From Oopsacas minuta (taxonomy: Eukaryota > Animalia > Porifera), in the NCBI GenBank assembly GCA_024704765.1, contig JAKMXF010000329.1, forward strand, positions 1-64,000: a stretch of DNA of 64,000 nt. Direction: 5' to 3'. The position numbers were made by a program, and so were the translations under genes. This document shows, piece after piece, positions 41,601 to 52,193 of the stretch (position 1 is its first letter; each line of letters begins with the position of its first letter). The notes below the pieces were generated by a model, which worked only from the letters and a program-made list of their open reading frames with translations, searched no databases and had not been told where the DNA came from.

Positions 41601-42265
41601 AGTAGAAACCCATGAAAACTTTGTTCCAACATTACTAACGCACCTGGAGAGAAGCTGGATCATAACTATGCGATTAAATAGTTCATGAATTGTTTCTAAC
41701 ATTGACACGAACACAAACGAACGATCAAAATTGGTCTGCCTTGGCCGGAGTAATACAAATTAAACTACCATTTTAGGAAACAGAATATATGCAAATATAT
41801 GTGTCATATCGGGAATTCGATTAACTAGGTCGAATTATTGAGGTACCACAGTATAAAATATGAAATGAAATGCTGCATTGTATATTTAGTGTTGCAGACA
41901 GAATTATGTAATAACCAGCTTTCCTTTAAAGTAACAAGAATTACCTGCAATGAAATACACTGAATAGTGAACAAATGAACATGAAAGAATAGAGTAACAA
42001 GCGTGTATAACCGAATTATCAACAGTGTGCGCATTCCTATGGTAATTGTAATGTATAAATCAATACAATTTGACTATAGTGAGTAACACAATTTTTCCCA
42101 TAGGATTTGACTTAGGGAGTAAATTTTTCGTAACTTTGTCAATTTTAATCCGATTTTGGAGTTCTTTAGCTCTATCAGCTTCTCTCAACGAGTTCTTGAA
42201 CGGTGCATATAGGGACTTTTGACCACATTTAGTAAGTTGGGGGTGTAGGATTCTGCAATTGTACC
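38680..42265 (+). mobile_element. Merlin (ISXO2/IS1595-related) transposon with about 390-bp TIRs
   Basis: Long inverted repeats at about 38680-39073 and 41873-42265, termini G(C/G)TACAATTGCAGAATC, perfect 8-bp TSD AATGATCC (38672-38679 / 42266-42273). Confidence 0.92.
40477..41421 (+). pseudogene. Merlin/ISXO2-like transposase with one premature stop and a mutated catalytic Asp
   Basis: Motifs are C-x-C..WRC Zn finger, VEIDESKF, WVFGGIDR and VHTQTVESTW. TAA at 41281-41283 interrupts a frame that continues to LDTHLSEVCWQ...YPVV* at 41421. TILSGEW replaces the expected SDEW (seen in the second copy). Confidence 0.9.
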
Positions 42266-42988
42266 AATGATCCTGACTGTTTTTGTTATATTTGTGGTAT
42301 CTACATGTTGGATAGTATATTCAAGAAAATGACCCCGTTAATTATGGAACACTACTATCTGTATTTCGGTTGTAAAGTCGGAGACCAAGACAAACCATGG
42401 GCCCCTCACTATGCTTGTCGCACATGTTGTAATAACTTAGTCAAATGGTCAAAGGGAAATTTAAATGCTATGTCATTGGTGTCTCAATGGTCTGGAGGGA
42501 ACAAAGAAACCATTCAGATGACTGCTACTTTTGTTCTGTAAAAGTTCAGGGGCATTCTAAAAAGACTAAATCTAGGATAACATACCCAAATTTTCCTTAG
42601 CTTTGCGCCCTGTAGCACATGGCTTGGGAATTCCTGTGCCTAAAGCTCTTGTCGCATCTAAAGTCCAGGAATGTGTTGATAGTGAACCTGAAAATCAGTT
42701 TGATACATCTTTTGAGGTGCAAAGTGATGCCCCAAAGCTATTTTCACAAGAGAACTTGAATGATTTAGTCAGGGATCTTGACCTGTCGAATGAATCACCT
42801 ATGCTTTTAGGTTCGAGACTTAAAGAAAGAAACCTTCTTGAAGCAAGAACTACGTTTTACTGGTATAGGAATAGAGAGCAGGAACTTGAGCCTTTCTTTT
42901 CAATGGACACTGAATTGGTTTATTGCAATAATTTTCAAGGGTTGATTTTATCCATGGGAATGAACTATGATCCCAATGATTGGAGACT

Positions 42989-43627
42989 CAGGGGCGGATC
43001 CAGGATTCTCTTAGGGGGGTCCATTCGCGAGCGTAGCGAGCGTTTCTGACGGGGGGATCTGGGGGCTTGCCCTCCAGAAAAAATTGAATATTTAGACACT
43101 GAAATAGCGATCTAAAGACATTCATTCCTACAGCAAATAGAGAAATAATTTCAAATTTATTTGTCTTTTATTCATTATTTTTGAGACAGAAAATTCAATA
43201 CCATACTGAAGCTGAAGTTTGGGTTCCATTTTGATTCTCGATATGTTGGAGGTACAAAGATAATCATACAAAATACTTTTATAACTATTGTGGTACAGTA
43301 GGCCCTCGCTAATCCGAACACTACTGTTCCGATTGCAGAATTATTCGTTAGGATTAGTGAAATGCATTGAAACGATAGAATAGAATCTGGGGCTCATTCT
43401 TTCGAAAGTGGTACAAACGATAGAATAGCGTCCAACATGGGTAGTATTAAATATTGATCTGTAGTAGGGTTGGATATAAATCGTCCATATTTTTGAGTTT
43501 CAAACAATTTCCAAATATTGTAAAACACTAGGCGTTGTTCGGATTAGTGAGGGTCTACTGTATATATAATCATGGGCACCGAGGGGAGGGTCCTAGGACC
43601 CCTAGGACCCCCCTGGATCCGCCCCTG
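42989..43627. mobile_element. hAT-like MITE copy 2 (with nested Tigger-like MITE at 43296-43560)
   Basis: Near-identical to 20592-21222. It is inserted in the Chapaev3 WRLFID codons, with flanks AGACT/GGACT. Confidence 0.9.
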
Positions 43628-43876
43628 GGACTTTTCATTGATTCTTCTAAGAGAAGCCTCAAAGCGGTCCTCCTTTACAACGGAAACATTGTGTCGTCAA
43701 TCCCAATCGCGCATTCAGTTACCCTTCGAGAAAATTATGAAACCATGAAGTTACTCATTGATATGCTCAAGTGTGAAGAGCATAAGTGTCAAATTTGTGG
43801 TGATCTAAAAGTTATTACTCTCCTACTTGGTCAGCAAGGTCGTTATACAAAGAATCCTTGCTTTCTTTGCTTATGG

Positions 43877-44691
43877 CAGGGGTTTTCAACCTTTTTCCAC
43901 CTTACGCCCCCATTTATAGATGTGGGAATACTCACGACCCCCTTAATAACGAAACGAAATTTTTTATTAGAGCTTGTACTTAATATAACATACAATCACA
44001 CATACATAGTTATGAATGAAATTTTTCATTTATATTCTTAATGTCAAGGTTGAAACTGTTTTCTTTTCTCAACAAGTTGAGAATTTCTTGGCTCAGTTTA
44101 GAAAGACAGCATCTCAAATCATGTTCAACAATTTTAAATTGCCTTCGGAGTAAGTTCGCGTTTGAATGTTGCTTTTTCCAGCCATCTTAATAGTTGTTTT
44201 GATCTAGATTTCGTAAAATTGAAGTACGAAGATAAAATGAGAAATGTCAAGGGATATACGTAAACAAAATATATCTAATTGGAGTATTTATAGATTTAAT
44301 TTGTGAAATATCCATGTATAGTCAGTATGGAAATGATTCTTAATGTTTTCTATTATTTAAATTAAATCTAGCCACCTCAAGTTCCAATGCTATGATGCCA
44401 GTATCGTCATGAAATACAATACCAATGTCATATATACGTAAGTACAACCATTGTAGATGCGGTTAAAGCACATTGCGTGTATATAGCATGTACATTGCAC
44501 ATAGCAATGCACACGTAATAGACTGACAATGCATTTTGAAATCAGCTAAAAGTTGATAATTTAAATAATTTTTGACTTGTTGATCGGTAAATATTAATTA
44601 TGTTATGTAAATTATCTGAACTTTTTGCAACCCAACTAGAAAGCCTTCGCGCCCCCCTGGGAGTCGCGACCCCTAGGTTGAAAACCCCCTG
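43877..44691. mobile_element. hAT (Charlie-like) MITE
   Basis: TIR CAGGGGTTTTCAACC...GGTTGAAAACCCCCTG with 8-bp TSD GCTTATGG/GCTAATGG. It splits the Chapaev3 CLW|DS motif. Confidence 0.9.
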
Positions 44692-45863
44692 GCTAATGGG
44701 ATAGCTGAGCGGACTCTCAACATTATTCAAGGCAAGAATGGCCAACTAGAACCGAATATATCCCAGGAAGGGAAAACGTGAGATTTATTCCTCTTGTCGA
44801 TCCCCAGATGGTCATATTACCCCCGCTCCATATCAAACTTGATCTAATGAAGAATTTAGTAAAAGCCCTGAATAGGGAAGGTGATGCATTTAGGTATCTT
44901 TCTATAAATTTCCAGCTATAAGTGAGGCTAAGTTAAAAGCAGGTATTTTTGTGGGACCACAAATACGTCAATTATTCCGGGATCCTCAGTTCGAGGCAGT
45001 GCAGAATACCGTAGAAAGAAATGCCTGGACATCTTTCAAGAATGTCGTAGAAAACCTTTTGGGAAATATGAAAGCGGAAAACTACCAAGAACTTGTTCAA
45101 ACAATGCATGCTAACTATGAATCTCTTGGCTGTAGAATGAGCATAAAGATTCACTTTCTACATTCGCATTTAAATTATTTTCCTGAAAATCTCAGTGCCT
45201 TAAGTGAGGAACAAGGTGAGCGGTTTCATCAGGAGATTTGTGAAATGGAGAAAAGATACCAAGGCAAATGGAATACAAGTATGACGAGAGACTTTGTTGG
45301 TGTTTAAAAAGGGGCTGCGATACAGCTCACAATCGAATGTCAAGAAAACGGTGTTTCATTCCATATGTTCCATGTTGAAAGCTGTTAGGGATTACTAATT
45401 TATCGCTTACAAATTCCAAGTCAAATAGTAATAGTGTTGTTGTTTAAAACTTCTGATCACAATCATAAATTCAATCATAGTTATTTTATACTTCATACCA
45501 GATTGTTATATCAAACGCAAGATATACGTATAAGTATCACGGATCTCGGGAATCGTGATCTTGGTCAAAAAATATGGACAATACAAAATAAAAATATATT
45601 AACGATTAATGATAACTCTTATTGTTGTTATATGGGGTCGACTAATATACTTTTAGATTGTTCTTTGGGTTTGAAAACATTACGGTACATTTTTTAAAAC
45701 AATATATTCCTTGAAGTCAAAGAAATTTGAAAAATTGATTTTGAGAAAATCTGGACGTGTAGATAACAAATCAATGCCACATTTGAAATCAGCATAAAAT
45801 TTTCCAGGAATAGTTTAAATACATCGAAGAAGAAATTGTAATTTGAAAAAGCATTGCCCAGTG

Positions 45864-46225
45864 TAATGAATTGAATGTGGGATATATGTATTTGTCAACT
45901 ATTCACTTCCAAATTGTTTGGTTCGAAATTGTGTGAAATGCAGTGTAGAGAACAATATTTTAGTGACTATGTTGTGACATTTAAAATTGAGTGACAATAC
46001 TTTGTATAGTATGATCTCTTTATTTCATGTGTTGAAACAATGAATTCAATATGAGTTATTTGTTTTGGTCAACTGCTCACCTCCACATTGTTTGATTCGA
46101 AAATGTGTGAAATGCAGTGTAGAGAACTATAGTTAAGTGACTATGTTGTTACATTTGAAATTGTGGTATAATACTTGTATAGTATACTTTTTCAATTCAG
46201 TCTGTTGAAATAATAACTTGAATAA
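45864..46225 (+). repeat. Satellite segment 2 (174-bp unit)
   Basis: Same unit as 37650-38293; GAAATGCAGTGTAGAGAAC recurs 174 bp apart. It continues the unit broken at 38293. Confidence 0.85.
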
Positions 46226-48389
46226 CACTGCTCAACAAAAATTTTGTTGCATTTCTACCAACACTTGTTTTTACCTAATTTTGGGGCGCTGAATCCGAAT
46301 CCGAACTTAGTTTTTTCTGCAAGCTCTAGACTTTTTGCAAATCGAGATGTTTAATTTTTTTGCACAAAATTGAAATTTCTTGAAAATGTGACATGATTTG
46401 TCAAATGATGTTCTGCTTACAGTTGAATAACTAGCCTCAAAACAAAAATAGGTGCCAAAAATCTTTTATGTTGCCAATAGAATCTGTACTTGTAGACAGA
46501 TAGGCAACAAATGTTTAAAAAAATGTAAAAAACAACAGTTTTGCTGGTAATATGCATGTAAAAATTGATTTTCTTTTACAAAATGACATAGGAAAGAACG
46601 ATGGCAATCTACAATAGTAACTTAAAGCGATCAATGACGTGATACAAAAGATTCAAATATTCTACAACTCTGGACAAAATTTTCTCTTATAACTTCTGCG
46701 TTTGTACGCTTTGTGAGCACAGCCACGTTTAATGCCCCAACAATAGTCTGCCATCATATGTCGATCCCACCGACCTTGGTAGCGTTCTTCCACTGTCATG
46801 AGATCCTGGTGGAAAAGCTCTCCCTGCTCGTCACTGACAGCCCCAAGGTTTTCAGGGAATTCGTCCAGGTGGCTGTACAGAAGTTATACTTTATGCTCAT
46901 GTTGCAACCTAAATCACGGAACCCTGAGAGCATCTTGGATACAAGCATTTCATAGTTTGGAGTCTTTCTGTTACCAAGAAAGTTCTGTATAACATCCACA
47001 AAAGATAGCCATGGCGCTTTCTCCTTAATATTCATTTTCTGAATGAAGTTTTTGTCTCGAATAAGTGTACGTATCTGTGGTCCATCAAACACTCCTGCTT
47101 TGATTTTATCATATGACAAAGCAGGGAAAATATACACAAGATGATGAAAGGATTCAGTGTCAGGATTTAGGGCTTTAACGAACTGTTTCAGGAGACCTAG
47201 CTTGATGTGCTGGGGCGAAAAACAATTTTGTCTCTGCTTACGATCGGGTTGTGTGTTACGTTTGGCATGCTAGCTTGAAATGTTTCACGTAAGGGCCACT
47301 CCTTCTGTGCCCAATGTTTTTTTCACGTGATCTGCTGCCCCACATGCACAGATAACATGGAAATTTAGGGTATCCTTTTTGCTGACCTAGCAGATAACCA
47401 ACCATTTTGAGGTCAACACAAATGATCCAGTTCTGATCATGATATCCGAGTAAATCCATAACAATTCTAATGTCATCATGCTGTTACTTCAAGATAGTGG
47501 CGTCACTAACTGGAACAGCTGCATAAACATTTCCATTGTGTAAAAGAACACACTTGAGGCTGTACTTGGAACTGTCCAAAAACAATCGTCAGTCTCCTGG
47601 ATCATATGAGGAGATACCCAGTTGTCCGAGAAGACCAGGAATATCGTTGCAATATACCAGCTTATTTTCTACTGAAAAATAGGATAGAAAGAGTTCTTCT
47701 CTTTTTCGAAAAAAGGAAACCTTTACAATTCGATCCAGCACCTGTTTTTCTTTGAGCGTAGAGGCTAAAAGCTCAGCTGCTTGTTTGGGCAGATCTAAAT
47801 CACGTACTAAGTCATTCAGTTCTGATTGATTAAACTGCTGGTGGACAGTTACTCTGGTTTCACAAGAAGAATCTTCAGATTCTGATACTGTGTCTATTTT
47901 TTGATTTTCCATTCCTACGATCTCTTCCCTTTCCAATTCAGTTTCGTCATCATCAGGAAAAGCAAAACCACTAAAGATCGGAGGGGGAAGTCTATCAGAG
48001 TGCGGGACAGGTGATATAGCTGATAGTATACTAGGATGACAAAGCACAAACAAATACCCTTAACTTTGAAAACCTGTTGTGTAATCAGGCCTGCAAAATA
48101 CTCATTTACCACGTGCTCATCATTCAGCTATGACTAACAAATGTTCACAATGAATCCAGATGATGCATACAAAAAGAAAAATGGCTTGATAGATAAAGAA
48201 TATTTGGTGGAGATCAGAATTATGTACTAAATTAGTACGACAAACGAAAAAATGTAGATTGTCGATTAAATGAAAACCCGAGCATCAGAAAGAAACTGAT
48301 TGCAGATTTAAAATTAGCATCCGAAAATTATATAAAATCAGTTAAAAAGTCTAATGCAACAAAAATGAAAAAAAGATTTTTGAGCAGTG
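46226..48389 (-). mobile_element. Chapaev3-type transposon, copy B, internally deleted and frameshifted
   Basis: TIR CACTGCTCAA...TTGAGCAGTG with flanks TAA/TAG. Motifs are ELNDLVRDLDL, ICVDLKMVGYLLGQQKGYPKFPCYLC and FDGPQIRTL. Confidence 0.9.
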
Positions 48390-48890
48390 TAGTGAATATT
48401 GCTATTAGTCAACTGTTCATAGCCAAACTGTTTGATCCGTAATTGCCTGAAATATAGTGCAGAGAACAATATTATAATGACTAGGTTGTGACATTTGAAA
48501 TTGAGTCACAATAATTTGCATAATATACATTGGCATTTATGTATGTGGACATTTGAAATTGAGTGACAATACTTGGTATACTACACTTTGTCAATAATGT
48601 ATGTGGTCATTTGATATTGAGTGACAATACTTTGTATACTATACTTTGTCAATAATGTATGTGGGTATTTGAAATTGAGTGAGAATACCTTAAATACTAC
48701 ACTTAGTCAATTATATATGTGGACATTTGAAATTGAGTGACAATACTTTGTATACTATACTTTGTCAATAATGTATGTGGGTATTTGAAATTGAGTGAGA
48801 ATACCTTAAATACTACACTTAGTCAATTATATATGTGGACATTTGAAATTGAGTGACAATACTTTGAATACTATACTTTGTCAATTATGT
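48390..48890 (+). repeat. Satellite segment 3, with seven 58-bp monomers at 48493-48890
   Basis: ATTTGAAATTGAGTGACAATAC... monomers start at 48493, 48551, 48609, 48667, 48725, 48783 and 48841. Segment 48609-48724 is duplicated almost exactly as 48725-48840. Confidence 0.93.
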
Positions 48891-48906
48891 TAGCGTTGAG
48901 GGCATG

Positions 48907-48941
48907 CATAGTGGTTTAATAGGGCTGTTAGTAAAGAATAG
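48907..48941 (+). repeat. 3' TIR of the RAG1-like element (heptamer-like + 16 nt + AGTAAAGAATAG)
   Basis: CATAGTG GTTTAATAGGGCTGTT AGTAAAGAATAG, directly after the TSD. Confidence 0.8.
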
Positions 48942-49281
48942 CTATTTTGGTGTGACATAGCCCGATGAGATGTATTATTTACAATTAGATTATTTTATAT
49001 AAGGAACCAACACAACTTGTGATAACAAGTATATGGCCTAAATTTCCAAGTTATGACGTCATTGATATATGTAAAATTTAAATTTTCTTCAATAATTACA
49101 TTCTACTCGACTTTATCGCCATGAAACCTATCAATTACATATGGGTTATCCGTATTTGGCAATCACCTTGATCTTATAATTTTGTTATAGAGCTTGTATT
49201 TATAGAGTTATGACGTCACACTTATGATGGAATTTATCTTATTGATTTACAAAATATACAGTATATTCATACTTAAGTTCA

Positions 49282-51516
49282 TTATAGGCAATCTTTATTG
49301 GAGATTAAAATCGTCAATAAAATCTGTGTGCTAGTTTTCTGATTGTTCATAGCATTGCAGCATTTAGATCTCGTTGTGTGTCCAGATTGACCACATCGTT
49401 CACAAATCAAAATTCTTCGATAGTTTACTAAGGTTGGATCATTTTGAGAGGTCAATCCGGCGAAGGTATCCATAATATTGGTCTCAAAACCAACTTTACG
49501 AGCTAAATTCTCCGGATATTTTCTAACTAATTTGTTGCATGATTCTGTGCCTTCTTCTGAAAATGCCTTTAAGCCATAGCTAGAATTCGACTCACGTATT
49601 AACTCCTCAGAATGGGCTAAGAGCTTGTGCAGGGTTGGAGTCATGCTAGCCCAGGGGAAGAATCTAAGATGACAAGGTAGGTATCCTTGCACAATTTCCC
49701 CAATTCCAAAGTGTTAACCTTGTGACTTGAATTGAAAACCCGAAGAATGGCTGAAAGTTGAGTATGTATCTTTGATAAGATTGGGCAATGTTGTATTGCT
49801 ACAGTTGATAGAATGCATTCAAGGTATTCAGTTTCATCAGAAAAGGCTCTTCTAGCAACATTCCCTGTTGAGGTGGTTCCACCGCTAGAATTAGGCTGGT
49901 CAACCTTTAATCCTGTCTTCTCCTGAATAAATGTTTGAAGGAATTTCATTGACTCCTTGATAACTGGTGAAGTTGGGGACCAGGTAAACTTTTCGATGCG
50001 AAGATGATATACCAGCAAATTGAATCACCTAAAATTGGTTTAATTATGTGAAGATAAATTCTGAATGATTAATGGAGTACTAGATTACTTACCTAAATAC
50101 GCCTGTGTATGAATGAAGTGGAGATGCTGGATGTATGTTAATCTCTGAAATTGGTTGATGAGTTAAATTGAAGCGTTCATTAGTCGAAAGAGCAAAGAAC
50201 GACTCAATGTCATCAATGTGCGAAAATAGCTCGATTGCATCTGTGATATTTCTGTTGATGGGGAACCCTTCAAGAACTAAATTACGGTCCTTCAAATCTT
50301 TATGTGTGGCAGTGCACATCTGACAACTGGCTCCTCCAGCTCCAGAGAGAATGGCTGCCATCTTCTCATCAAACATTGAACGGATAATATCGACATTGAC
50401 AACACCATTTTCTAAAGGAATCCCATTTTGCAACATCGCTATATCGGGATTAATCATAGTCTCCATGAAGGAACGAATATTTTCTTCGCATTCTGTCGCA
50501 GCGCAGAGAAAAATAGGTCTTTGAGCGAAGGGTGAACTAGGGGATTTATTCTGCCAAACAATCCTGTTTGTTACAGTGTGGATGGAGATGGGCTTGAAAC
50601 AAAACAGAATGAAGTTTTTGGTGAAAGTATTAGTTGTCTGCTGGTTGTAGATAGTGCGACAACCAGAACCATCTAAGCCATCTGCGATTTTAAATGTGAG
50701 TGGGAATTCTTCACTTGTGGGGCGATCTACCATTGATAATATTCTTTCCAGGGTTTTCTGAACTTGAAGACAATATGGTGCGTATATACCTATTAGTTTA
50801 GCTGGATTAGGATATGAAGTTATACTGGATCGCGAAATCATGACATCTCTCAGATTAGCTAGCTTGCTGTAAGATGGGAAATGTATATTGTCTGGTAGAA
50901 GTGTTTGACGTAATTGAGTGTATTTTCGTCTGCCCACTTCAAGTAAATCTAACAGGAACAAGGCTTTATCAACTGGAACATGCTTGTTACTGAGGTTACA
51001 GAATCCTCCACTGACAATAATCTCTTTGGCTACCGTAGCAACCTGACGATTATTCTCCTCATTTGCCAATAGTTGTAATGAGAGTGCTGCAATACTTATT
51101 TCTGTAGTATTCTCAATAACTGAGAGTGACTTAATGCATTCTAGCAGACTTGACAATCGAGTACGCTGTTGTTGTAGAGAGAGATCATCAGGATGCTTTC
51201 TATGACTCATTGAATAAATGGGAACTCACCATCAGAAGACGACTCTAGTAAATCAGAAACACGATTTTCTTTAACTCAGGTTTCATGGAAATGTTAGAAT
51301 GCCACCATTCTCCTTCTAAACAATCTAATGATCTCTTCGCCTTCTTGAATCTGTCCTGAATTCTTAACAGCAACGTTTCCAAGAGTTTCGTATTATCAGA
51401 GTCTATTCAAAGTCTTCTATGAAATATTTTGTCGTTTACAAGACACAATTGTTATTGTCTTTCAGGATTCTTGCCAATTCGAGGCGGGATTTTGGGAAAG
51501 TTAACTCTTCTGTCAT
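49282..51516 (-). pseudogene. RAG1-like / Transib DDE transposase, intron-containing, inactivated (one stop and one frameshift in the core, more in the N-terminus)
   Basis: GLDGSG (D at 50671-50673), MFDEKM (D at 50368-50370), SCQMCTAT, PLHSY, TGNVARR, TPTLHKLLAH, SEEGTESCNKLVRKY (E at 49543-49545), and C-terminal CERCGQSGHTTRSKC. Putative ATG at 51516. Confidence 0.92.
50029..50092 (-). other. 64-nt GT-AG spliceosomal intron in the RAG1-like gene (phase 2)
   Basis: Donor AG|GTAAGT and acceptor AATTTTAG|G. Splicing joins ...LHSYTGVFR to *FNLLVYHLR in frame (the TGA is probably from TGG). Confidence 0.85.
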
Positions 51517-52158
51517 TGTTTTCAAGAAATTCCGAAAAATAGGTTTTATTATATATTCAGTAGATTATATATAGAAGTCACTATAATGAATTTCAAGAAC
51601 GAAATTCATTACTATCTCATTCCATTGTTACAGTATGCTACAATGGGAATTTCCTAGCAATGAAAAGTTGTAATGGAATGTCATTGAAAATTATAGGTTG
51701 CGCTCTGTTTCGGGTTTTGTGGTTTTAGATTATGTTTTTAGGAATCGTAATGCGTGTATCCGATTAATTTTGCGCTGTTGTTTTGTGTTGTTTATTTTTC
51801 CTGACACTTTAGGTATTTCTCTTTGTAAAAATTCTGTACGGATTTTACTAGATTTTAGAAATATTATGTTCACGAAATATATACAAGATACAGTCATGGA
51901 AACAAGATATTTAGAATTAGCATAGTCGAAATGTATAAAGTATACCAGATTAGTAACATTCCATTATGTAATTGCTCTTACAGGTTCATTTGAAATTGGG
52001 GCTAAATTTAGAAATCATGAAGCCGCAATTTTCCTATAAATATTTTAAATCTTTGATTAAGAAATCTTACAGCTTCTAGGGTCTCAATCACTTAGATATT
52101 TTAAATAAGAATCATTTAAACAATATAAAATGAAATAAAGCCATCAAATACGGAATCA

Positions 52159-52193
52159 ATTTTTTGTCTATTCTTTGCTTCTAAATCACTGCG
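52159..52193 (-). repeat. 5' TIR of the RAG1-like element (heptamer-like + 7 nt + AGCAAAGAATAG)
   Basis: The minus strand reads CGCAGTG ATTTAGA AGCAAAGAATAG ACAAAAAAT, directly inside the TSD. Confidence 0.8.

Larger units (their letters stand above)
38294..45863 (+). mobile_element. Chapaev3-type (CMC) transposon, copy A, interrupted by a Merlin element and two MITEs
   Basis: Ends are CACTGATCAA / TTGCCCAGTG with flanks CAA/TAA. The transposase starts at ATG 38654 (MHRKCENDP) and resumes at 42274 (DCFCYICG...GDQDKPWAPH), followed by LNDLVRDLDLS, FIDSSKRSLKAVLL, ICGDLK, GPQIRQL and SEEQGERFHQ. Confidence 0.87.
48907..52193 (-). mobile_element. RAG1-like/Transib transposon, complete with both ends
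   Basis: Perfect 5-bp TSD GCATG (48902-48906 / 52194-52198). Termini read inward CATAGTG and CGCAGTG (consensus CACAGTG). It encloses a RAG1-core-like transposase gene. Confidence 0.9.

Noticed and set aside
48493-48890. Regular 58-bp repeats as a CRISPR array
   Set aside because: Monomers are contiguous with no unique spacers, there are no cas genes, and the context is eukaryotic.
51698-51925. ORF as a RAG2-like or accessory gene
   Set aside because: It is only 75 aa, low in complexity, has no kelch/PHD features, and sits on the wrong side of the transposase for a RAG2L.
52159-52167. ACAAAAAAT as a true RSS nonamer
   Set aside because: It is present at one end only, 19 nt from the heptamer, and A-runs are common in this DNA. 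It is kept only as a note in the TIR finding.
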